This document shows positions 49,726-57,058 of a stretch of 57,058 bases of DNA, in pieces. The position numbers and the translations under genes are program-made. The notes under the pieces are model-generated. The model ran no database searches, had not been told where the DNA came from, and saw only the letters and a list, made by a program, of their open reading frames with translations. The first letter of the stretch is position 1; each line of letters opens with the position of its first letter. The DNA is from Lysobacteraceae bacterium (GTDB taxonomy: Bacteria; Pseudomonadota; Gammaproteobacteria; Xanthomonadales; Xanthomonadaceae). The stretch spans positions 1 to 57,058 of the forward strand of contig JBKJTC010000315.1 in NCBI GenBank assembly GCA_046590925.1. Reading direction: 5' to 3'.

Positions 49726-50583
49726 ATGAAACGCCGCATCGTCGCGATCCTGGGTTTATGCATTCTCCTCTTCGGCGCCCAGGCGTCGGCACAGTCGTAT
49801 CTGCGTGTGGTCTCCTGGAACATGCTGCATGCCGGCTGGAGCGGGCAGCAGGATTGGAACGCGTATGCCGGGCAGATATGGAACAACTACGGCAGCGTAG
49901 CCGGAGCCGGGAACGGGGCGGACCTCGTGTTCGCTCAGGAAGTGATGTATGCCGAATCCGCATCCAGCCTCGCCGCTGCGTTGACCGCGGTCAGCGGGTT
50001 CGCCTGGGATTACCGTGTCACCGCTGCCATCGGCCGCAGCAGCTACAAAGAACGCTATGCGGTGTTCTTCCGCACCGATCGGGTGCAGTTGCTGTCCGCC
50101 ACCGTGTGGGCCGACAGCGGCGACAAGTTCGAGCGCGAACCGCAGATCGTGAAGATCCGTCACACCCAGACCGGTGCCGACTACACCTTCATCAATTGGC
50201 ATACCGTCTTCGGCACGACCGCCGAGCGGCAGGCCGAGGTGCAGTTGATCGGCGCGGTGTTCAAATCGATCCAGGACGGCAGCAGCAGCGATCAGGACGT
50301 GATTCTGGTCGGCGATCACAACCGCGATGCGACTTCGCCCTGGTGGGTCAACCTGACCTCGCTTGCGCCGGCGGTGGGATATCGCGTCAATGAACTGACG
50401 TCGATCAACGCCAGCTGTGCGTTCGCCAGTCGCTACGACCATTTCTGGATGCAGAACAGCTACGTCACGGAGTATTCCGATTCCGGGCGCGACTACATCG
50501 CCAACATGTGCACGTTCCGCAACGGCGTGTCGGATCACGCGCCGATCTATCTCTCGCTGTATTCGACCGCGGACACGGATTGA
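49726..50583 (+). CDS. Secreted endonuclease/exonuclease/phosphatase (DNase I-like)
   Basis: Signal peptide; VVSWN, AQEV, SYKERYAVFFR, FEREP, VGDHN, YDHF, SDHAPI. Confidence 0.88.
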   Translation: MKRRIVAILGLCILLFGAQASAQSYLRVVSWNMLHAGWSGQQDWNAYAGQIWNNYGSVAGAGNGADLVFAQEVMYAESASSLAAALTAVSGFAWDYRVTAAIGRSSYKERYAVFFRTDRVQLLSATVWADSGDKFEREPQIVKIRHTQTGADYTFINWHTVFGTTAERQAEVQLIGAVFKSIQDGSSSDQDVILVGDHNRDATSPWWVNLTSLAPAVGYRVNELTSINASCAFASRYDHFWMQNSYVTEYSDSGRDYIANMCTFRNGVSDHAPIYLSLYSTADTD

Positions 50584-50607
50584 TCCGGTCGAACGATCGC
50601 AATATCG

Positions 50608-52296
50608 ATGACAGTGCCGACGACCCACAGGCATCATCGCTCCGCATGGATCCTCGGCGCCTGCCTCACCGCGGGTGCCGTTGTTTTTGGCGTTTTCTGG
50701 TGGTCTCCGCGCAGCGCGATCGATGCGATTCCATCCGGCGACACGGCGGCGTTGCGCACCGCTGCGCATGATGCGGACGCATCCACGCTGGCCTTCGCTA
50801 CGCGCCTCCTGCCCGATGGCGACATATCGGCGTCGCCGGGTTCGGTCCGGGTCGGCCTGGCGTATGTGTCGCCGGATGAAGCGGCTGCGTACCGGGCCTG
50901 GCTGCGCGGAGGCGGTGAAGGCGCCGGGCCGCGCGATCTCGAAAGCTTGGCGTCGGTGACGCGGTGGTTGAACCTGCCGGCGAGATTGAACGCGCAGGGT
51001 GTCGTGGTGGTGACGCCAACGCGGCTGCCGGCGGCAGATCGCTACCTGCTGCAGGCGCGTGCGGACGATGGCCTGCGTTTCTACGAGGCATCGTTCACCC
51101 GCGACGACGTACCGACGCAGATCGTCCCGCGCGTTGCGGCGGGTCTGCGGTTGCGCGCGCCTGCACAGACGCTGGGCAATGCGCGCGTGCTGTTCAGGCG
51201 TGTCGATGGTTCGCAGGATGCCGCGTGGCAATCGCTGATGCGGCGCGAAGCGCCTGCGGTGCTCGATGCCTACGACGAACGCGCGTTGCGGGTGACTGCC
51301 GCAGACGTCCTCGTTGCGCCGCTGCCGCCCGGGCCGCTGGACGTGGTCGCGGTTGTCGACGGCATCGAGACCGAGCGCCGCCGGGTCACACTGTCGGCCG
51401 GGCGCATTGTCACGTTCGATCTCGATGCCGATGCGTCCGCACTGGGGGCGGCGTTGTCGGTGACCGCAGCTCTGCGGCTTGTCGAAAAAGGCAGCGGCTC
51501 GCCGGTCAAGGACGCCACCGTCGTCTGGTCGTCGCCGCGTGGCGAACAGAGCCTGCGCACGGATGCATCGGGCATGTTGCGTATTCCAGGCGTCGACCCG
51601 CTGCAGCCGCTATCGATCGACATCCGCATCGCACCGTCGAAAACGCCGTCTTTTCTCGTCGAGGTTCTGCCGTCGTGGCCGGAACGGCTGCCGATGATCC
51701 TCGATCTCGCCGACGATCCCGTCGTCGCGGGCGTCATCGCGAAGACAGTCGAACTGGAACCGCTGCGCTGGTTGATCGTGGACACGCCCGGCATCGATAT
51801 TCCGCGACGGCCGCGCATGGACGATCCTTTCCCTGTCTTCGTGCTGCAGCATCGGCAAGGCGCGATCTGGCGCGAATCGTCGGCGGAATATTTTCGCCCG
51901 GTCGCGGAGGGGCTGGCGGTATCGCTGAACCGGGCCGGTAGCGTCCGCGTGACGGCAGTATTGGCGCCATGGACGGTGCACTTCAGCGATGCGGTGGAGA
52001 TCGGCGAAGCATCATCCGATGCCCGCTACCGCGCACGCATCTCCGGCCGGGGCGGGCGTCGCGTAAGTCTGCGCATCGCCGCCGACGCGAAGCCGCTCGC
52101 GTTCGCGCCCGTGCACCTGCTGTCGCCGCTGCGCGGCGTGCCGACGAAGACGCTCACCGCCGATCGCACGGGGCAGGTGGTCCTGGACAACGTCACCGAA
52201 ACGGATGTGCTGGTGGAAGTGCCCGGCTTCGAACAGGTCCGCGTCCCGCTGGACAGCGCGCTCGTGCCCGTCGCGCTGCGCCGCACTCGCGACTGA
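50608..52296 (+). CDS. Membrane-anchored beta-rich hypothetical protein (carboxypeptidase-regulatory-like repeats likely)
   Basis: N-terminal TM; GSPVKDATV..RTDASG and PLAFAPV..TADRTG..VEVPGF patterns. Confidence 0.7.
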   Translation: MTVPTTHRHHRSAWILGACLTAGAVVFGVFWWSPRSAIDAIPSGDTAALRTAAHDADASTLAFATRLLPDGDISASPGSVRVGLAYVSPDEAAAYRAWLRGGGEGAGPRDLESLASVTRWLNLPARLNAQGVVVVTPTRLPAADRYLLQARADDGLRFYEASFTRDDVPTQIVPRVAAGLRLRAPAQTLGNARVLFRRVDGSQDAAWQSLMRREAPAVLDAYDERALRVTAADVLVAPLPPGPLDVVAVVDGIETERRRVTLSAGRIVTFDLDADASALGAALSVTAALRLVEKGSGSPVKDATVVWSSPRGEQSLRTDASGMLRIPGVDPLQPLSIDIRIAPSKTPSFLVEVLPSWPERLPMILDLADDPVVAGVIAKTVELEPLRWLIVDTPGIDIPRRPRMDDPFPVFVLQHRQGAIWRESSAEYFRPVAEGLAVSLNRAGSVRVTAVLAPWTVHFSDAVEIGEASSDARYRARISGRGGRRVSLRIAADAKPLAFAPVHLLSPLRGVPTKTLTADRTGQVVLDNVTETDVLVEVPGFEQVRVPLDSALVPVALRRTRD

Positions 52297-52366
52297 TTCA
52301 ATCGACGGCGTGCACATCATCGTCGTGGTCGAATCGAAGCGCCACGGATCCGAACCACGGGTCAGC

Positions 52367-52529
52367 GTAGGGTGGGGTAAGCGCAGCGCACCCCACCATC
52401 CCGCCATATCCGCAACGATACCAATCAAACGAAATCGGCCGCCTCATGGACGGCCGACGATATTGCAGGCCGAGGTGAAGTGCGCGGCCTCGTTCTTGGT
52501 GGGCCTGCCCTGCGCTTACCCCACCCTGC
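52367..52529. repeat. REP doublet
   Basis: GTAGGGTGGGGTAAGCGCAG ... CTGCGCTTACCCCACCCTGC. Confidence 0.78.
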
Positions 52530-52551
52530 GACCTTGCCGATGACGTTTTCT

Positions 52552-52599
52552 CCTTCTCCCCGCATGCGGGGAGAAGGTGGCCGAAGGCCGGATGAGGGG
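52552..52599. repeat. Palindromic intergenic repeat of a different class
   Basis: CCTTCTCCCCGCATGCGGGGAGAAGG hairpin followed by TGGCCGAAGGCCGGATGAGGGG. Confidence 0.6.
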
Positions 52600-52782
52600 C
52601 GGGCAGACGTTGCGATGGTCTCGACTTCGTGCAAGAAGCAGCCCCCCCTCAGAAATGAACCTGACCCTATTTCTCACCCTATTTCTGCTGAAGCGGACTC
52701 GCCTCCGCCATGTGGCGGTTTCCGACCGAGGCTTTCCGGCCCATCATACTGATCGTCCCCGCCGCCTGCCGCCCCTCTGCCG

Positions 52783-53277
52783 ATGGAAGCGTTGAAGTAT
52801 TTCGCCGGCTACCCGGAACACCTGCAGGCGCGGGTGCGCGCGTTGATCGAGCAGGATCGGCTGGGCGCGCTGCTGACCGAAAAGTACGGCCAGCCCCACG
52901 CCGTGCGTAACGATGGCCAGCTGTACGACTACGTCCAGGCGCTCAAGGACCGGCATCTGCGGAAATCGGTGCCGCTGGGCAAGGTGATCTACGACAGCAA
53001 GCTGCAGGTGGTGAAGCACGCGTTGGGCACCCACACCGCGATCTCGCGCGTGCATGGCGGAAAGCTCAAGGCGAGCCGCGAGATCCGCATCGCCACCGTG
53101 TTCCGCGATGCGCCCGCCGAGTTCCTGAAGATGATCGCGGTACATGAGCTGGCGCACATGAAGGAAGCCGAGCACAACAAGGCGTTCTACCAGCTGTGTA
53201 CGCACATGGCGCCGGAGTATCACCAGTTGGAGTTTGATCTGCGGCTTTATCTGACGCAGCTGGATGTTGGGCGGTGA
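52783..53277 (+). CDS. ygjP: YgjP-like metal-dependent hydrolase (M48/SprT-like)
   Basis: LKYFAGYP, ISRVHGGKLKA, VHELAHMKE.EHNKAFYQLC. Confidence 0.85.
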   Translation: MEALKYFAGYPEHLQARVRALIEQDRLGALLTEKYGQPHAVRNDGQLYDYVQALKDRHLRKSVPLGKVIYDSKLQVVKHALGTHTAISRVHGGKLKASREIRIATVFRDAPAEFLKMIAVHELAHMKEAEHNKAFYQLCTHMAPEYHQLEFDLRLYLTQLDVGR

Positions 53278-53306
53278 TGGAGCGTCCTCGCGATCCGGCC
53301 TAAGTC

Positions 53307-53404
53307 GTAGGGCGAATAAGCCGAAGGCGTCATGCGCCATGGAGGCATGGCAATCGCCGAGTTCTCGAAGGCGGTGCATGACGCCTTCGGCTTATGCGCC
53401 TTAC
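53307..53404. repeat. REP doublet (REPIN-like)
   Basis: GTAGGGCGAATAAGCCGAAGGCGTCATGC ... GCATGACGCCTTCGGCTTATGCGCCTTAC. Confidence 0.82.
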
Positions 53405-53544
53405 GGGTTATGGCCTTGGCAGCGGTGTTCAACGGGCCGGCAACGTCGCATGATTTGCGACAGCTTCCAGAGAAGCTTCGGACGTCCCACTTCCCCCACG
53501 GGATGGATTCGGACAGAATGTCAAAATCGTTCCCGGAGCTGCCC

Positions 53545-54789
53545 ATGGATTCTCTCAAGCTGATCGACTACGTTCTGCAGCGCTACAGTCCAAGGGAGGT
53601 CGGTGCGGCGCTAGATGTCGACGCTAGGACTGTCCGTCGTTGGCATATCAGGGAAACAGAGCCACCCGCGTATGTAGCCGACGCGATCAGGCAACGGCTT
53701 CTGCCAATGCAGCCATTGATTCCGCACGTCGAAGGAGCTTTTCGATTCATCGATCTTTTTGCCGGAATTGGGGGTATGCGCAAGGCTTTTGAGAAACATG
53801 GCGGCCGCTGTGTGTTTACCAGCGAGTGGGACAGCTACGCACGCAAGACTTATGCCGCGAACTTTCACGATGGCCCCGAACATATTTTTGCGGGTGACAT
53901 CACGGAAATCCATGAGAGCGACGTTCCCGATCACGAAATTCTTGTCGCCGGATTTCCATGCCAACCCTTTTCGATTGCTGGCGTTTCGAAAAAGAACGCG
54001 CTTGGCCGGCCGCATGGTTTTTCGGACAAAACGCAGGGCACACTTTTCTTCGATTTGGCAAGAATCATTGCCGAGAAGCAACCAAAGGCATTCCTGCTCG
54101 AGAACGTGAAAAACCTGATCAGTCATGACAAAGGCCGGACACTTGCGACCATTATCGATGTGCTCAGAAATGAACTTGGCTACAAGGTTTCATACAGGGT
54201 CATCAACGGTAAGCATTTTGTGCCACAGCATCGCGAGCGAATCATCATTGTTGGGTTCCGCGATGTCTCGCCTTTCGATTGGGATGGCATCAGCCTGCCA
54301 AGGATCGAGGATGGCCCGAAGCTTGACTCCATTCTCCACCCGCAGGACGGAAGCGAGCCACTAGACTGGAATTGCATTGAGGGCAGGCGGGGCGTCGTCT
54401 CGAGCCGATACACGCTGTCGGACAAGCTCTGGGAATATCTGCAGAACTATGCGATCAAGCATCGGGAGAAGGGTAACGGCTTTGGTTTTGGCTTGGTCAC
54501 AGGCAAGGACACGGCGCGCACGCTTTCGGCGCGCTATTACAAGGATGGCTCCGAAATTCTTGTGTCGCAGGGTTCAAAAAAGAACCCGCGTCGCCTGACA
54601 CCGAGGGAGTGTGCACGTCTGATGGGATTTGAGGATGATTTCAGAATTCCCGTGTCTGATACGCGGGCCTACAAGCAATTCGGGAACTCGGTGGTGGTGC
54701 CCGTTATCGCGGAAGTTGCGGGGATGATGGTGGAACACTTGGGCCTTCAAGAGAAAAAGAACGCCAAGCGGATGAAGAAAGCGGCTTGA
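53545..54789 (+). CDS. dcm: DNA (cytosine-5)-methyltransferase, Dcm/M.EcoRII-like, with N-terminal HTH
   Basis: IDLFAGIGG, AGFPCQPFS, LENVKNL, PQHRER, GNGFGFGLV..ARTLSARYYKDGSEIL, YKQFGNSV; GGAG RBS before ATG 53545. Confidence 0.93.
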   Translation: MDSLKLIDYVLQRYSPREVGAALDVDARTVRRWHIRETEPPAYVADAIRQRLLPMQPLIPHVEGAFRFIDLFAGIGGMRKAFEKHGGRCVFTSEWDSYARKTYAANFHDGPEHIFAGDITEIHESDVPDHEILVAGFPCQPFSIAGVSKKNALGRPHGFSDKTQGTLFFDLARIIAEKQPKAFLLENVKNLISHDKGRTLATIIDVLRNELGYKVSYRVINGKHFVPQHRERIIIVGFRDVSPFDWDGISLPRIEDGPKLDSILHPQDGSEPLDWNCIEGRRGVVSSRYTLSDKLWEYLQNYAIKHREKGNGFGFGLVTGKDTARTLSARYYKDGSEILVSQGSKKNPRRLTPRECARLMGFEDDFRIPVSDTRAYKQFGNSVVVPVIAEVAGMMVEHLGLQEKKNAKRMKKAA

Positions 54790-54795
54790 TACATC

Positions 54796-55221
54796 TTGGA
54801 TATCCTGACCAGCGAGCAACGTTCTGCTTTAATGTCGCGTATCCGCAGTAAGGATACGGCGATTGAGCTTGTGATTCGCCATGCACTCCATGGCAAGGGA
54901 TTGAGATACCGGCTGGGTGGAGTGGGGCTTCCTGGCCGTCCCGATCTGGTGTTTCCCCGTTACAGCGCTGTTGTTTTTGTGCATGGGTGTTTCTGGCATG
55001 GACATGATTGCCATCTTTTCAGGTTGCCAAAGACGCGAACCCAGTTTTGGCATGACAAAATTGAATCCAACCGTTTGAGGGATCGCCGGGCACTTGAAAA
55101 GCTAACGGATATGGGGTGGCATGTGCATGTTGTCTGGGAATGTTCGCTCAGAGGCGTTTGTGAGCTTGAACGTGACATTCTGGTGGACGGACTGGCGATG
55201 CGGATCCGATCCGGCATCTGA
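54796..55221 (+). CDS. vsr: Very short patch repair endonuclease
   Basis: QRSALMSRIRSKDT, LPGRPDLV, FVHGCFWHGH, VVWEC. Confidence 0.93.
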   Translation: MDILTSEQRSALMSRIRSKDTAIELVIRHALHGKGLRYRLGGVGLPGRPDLVFPRYSAVVFVHGCFWHGHDCHLFRLPKTRTQFWHDKIESNRLRDRRALEKLTDMGWHVHVVWECSLRGVCELERDILVDGLAMRIRSGI

Positions 55222-55268
55222 CCTGACCGCAGATCACAGCTCCGAGTTGCTTAGGTAAAGGAAGACAA

Positions 55269-56603
55269 ATGCTTCGCGACAGTTCCGAAGAATCACTCTG
55301 GCCGACAATCGAGGATATGGCTGCACGTAGCAGCGTCCTGTTCCTGAAAAAACTGTCCCGTAACGATACCTCATGGGCAGATGATTCAGGTAAGCATCAA
55401 GCAGGGTTCTACATACCAAGTGCTATTCGTGAGTCTGGATTCTTTCCTGACTTGGATGCAACCAATCCTGAAAAGCCACACATATATTTCGCACCCTGCA
55501 TATCCTTCTGGCCGCAAACTGGGGAGGTCAAATCGTCGGGCATGCGTCACTACAGTAACAAAGGGCCAGAAACCCATTTTACTGTTGTGCCACACGATGT
55601 GTTCTCCGGGCTGAGCCCCGCTTCATTGCTGCTTTCTGGAAAACTGCTTCAGCCCATGGGCGACGCAACCCATTGGTTCGTTGTTGTCAATTCGACTGCT
55701 GAAGATGCCGAGATCCTCGAAACGACATTCGATATCGCTTCGGATTTCCATTTCGGTCTATTCGATCCAGCGCTTCTGGCGGAAGTCAGGAAAATGGCTG
55801 CGGATGAAGCCTCCCAGTTGATAGACCAGCTTCACCACGCAATCCGGACCGGGACACTAGACCAGTTCATTCAGTCTGTATCGCAAATACCTGCGCCTGG
55901 GAAAATTGCTGCGGAAGCCCAACAAAAATTTCTCGAAATGACCGGTGCCGCGAGCCTTGACCCCTACCATCTGGCGAACCCCGGTGATGCTGTCATGCGG
56001 ATCAGCCGGGACATCGAGTACGACATCTTCAAGCGCCACGAATTGCGGCGGCGAGCATCGGAAATCGTAGGGCTTCTGATCAGGGAGCCAGACACCGTGA
56101 CAGCAGTGGTGCGGGGATTTCCGCTGCTCGACGCTGTTTTTCTCAGCGCCAGTCAGCAGCGGAAAACGCGCGCGGGCCGTTCATTCGAAAATCATCTCGC
56201 AACGACACTGAAGGATGGCCGGATCTCATTTGAGGAGCAGGCCATTCTGGGCGGGCGTCGCCCTGACTTTGTTTTTCCGGATAAGCGGATCCTCGGCCTG
56301 CGTGAGTCGCGCCCGTTTATCGACGCACTAATTATGTCTGCAAAGACAACGCTTCGGGAGCGCTGGAAACAGATCACCCATGAGCGTTTCAACTGCGCTA
56401 TTTTTCTGGCCACTGTAGATGATCGTGTTTCCAGACAAGCTTTGGACGAAATGCAGAGTGCTGGAATCGGCTTGGTCGTTCCAGAGTCACTCAAAACGAG
56501 CAGAGAGACATTTTATTCTGGTCATGCCAACGTCATTTCCTTCCGAAATTTTTTTGACTACGAGATCAAAACAAATCGGCCCGCACTATTGAAACCCAAA
56601 TAG
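55269..56603 (+). CDS. Type II restriction endonuclease, EcoRII-like
   Basis: N-terminal KKLSRNDT...HQAGFYIP; C-terminal RKTRAGRSFENH, RPDFVFP, SAKTTLRERWKQI. Confidence 0.88.
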   Translation: MLRDSSEESLWPTIEDMAARSSVLFLKKLSRNDTSWADDSGKHQAGFYIPSAIRESGFFPDLDATNPEKPHIYFAPCISFWPQTGEVKSSGMRHYSNKGPETHFTVVPHDVFSGLSPASLLLSGKLLQPMGDATHWFVVVNSTAEDAEILETTFDIASDFHFGLFDPALLAEVRKMAADEASQLIDQLHHAIRTGTLDQFIQSVSQIPAPGKIAAEAQQKFLEMTGAASLDPYHLANPGDAVMRISRDIEYDIFKRHELRRRASEIVGLLIREPDTVTAVVRGFPLLDAVFLSASQQRKTRAGRSFENHLATTLKDGRISFEEQAILGGRRPDFVFPDKRILGLRESRPFIDALIMSAKTTLRERWKQITHERFNCAIFLATVDDRVSRQALDEMQSAGIGLVVPESLKTSRETFYSGHANVISFRNFFDYEIKTNRPALLKPK

Positions 56604-56820
56604 CGAGTAAGGTGAAGTAAGCGCAAATCTACCATTGCTAAAAGACACTATGCACGCCTGAAAGAATCGATTTTTTCCCGCTTGGGAAGCGCATGGATTT
56701 TCGCCGAATCGAAAGTGGAGTTGCGTTGCGCTTACTCCGCCCTGCCGGCGTCACCATGCAACGCCATGGCTGCGGTGGTTCTCGGGGGGATCGCTTGCTC
56801 GCCTGTCCCGACTTGGTGGC

Positions 56821-57058
56821 TCAACCAAAATCCCCCAACTCCAACAAAATCGTATCCGGATCCCCAGCCTCGATCGCCCGCGCAACCGCGCTGTGCTCCG
56901 CGCTTTCCACCCAACTCCGCAGATCGCGGCCGCTCTTGCCGTCGGTGCGCGGCGCAAGCGCGCGGGTGCCCGCGTCGATGTCGAAGGCCAGAGGTTTGCC
57001 CGCAAGCATCACCGCGAGGATGCGCTGCGCGGCGTCGCGGTCGGGCAGGGGGATCTCG
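56821..57058 (-). CDS. Partial CDS (C-terminus), AAA+ ATPase lid domain
   Basis: EIPLPDRDAAQRIL...LAPRTDGKSGRDL, typical of the CDC48/FtsH-like lid; gene extends past the right edge. Confidence 0.75.
   Translation of the reverse strand, partial: EIPLPDRDAAQRILAVMLAGKPLAFDIDAGTRALAPRTDGKSGRDLRSWVESAEHSAVARAIEAGDPDTILLELGDFG

Noticed and set aside
52652-52690. GAAATGAACCTGACCCTATTTCT with a partial repeat
   Set aside because: Resembles a repeat-element end but is single-copy here with no partner, so it cannot be supported
53332-53544. N-terminal extension of dcm (MRHGG...), mirrored at 49573 on the nuclease
   Set aside because: Both extensions begin inside the same REP element; downstream ATGs have proper ribosome-binding sites

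Overview
GC-rich chromosomal window, most likely from a Xanthomonadaceae/Lysobacteraceae bacterium. This is inferred from the ntrBC-sodC-thiolase and mla-hemYXD-secB-gpsA-ax21 backbone and from XVIPCD-like proteins. The backbone is interrupted by several accessory modules. (1) A secreted SGNH hydrolase operon with a partner gene and an Lnt-like gene. (2) A low-GC ImmA/IrrE + XRE switch facing two tiny genes, one absent from the ORF track. (3) A secreted LamG/Cys-His protein with a small exported partner. (4) The most striking block, 14.4-25.1 kb: two paralogous membrane-anchored winged-helix/TPR regulators, each followed by a conserved triple TCGAGAG heptamer box (11-bp period) and by XVIPCD-tailed putative type IV secretion effectors (four in total, none with an adjacent immunity gene). 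(5) A sigma54-preceded stress cluster with an amber-interrupted corA-like gene. (6) A TPR + double-PRMT-like methyltransferase next to an orphan trans-AT-type acyltransferase. (7) A CopG/PHB-depolymerase pair and a DNase I-like pair. (8) An EcoRII-like dcm-vsr-endonuclease island. Intergenic DNA carries many GTAG-type REP doublets and two ~155-bp MITE-like elements with nested REPs. I saw no rRNA, tRNA, CRISPR array or transposase. All family calls come from motifs read by eye; no searches were run.
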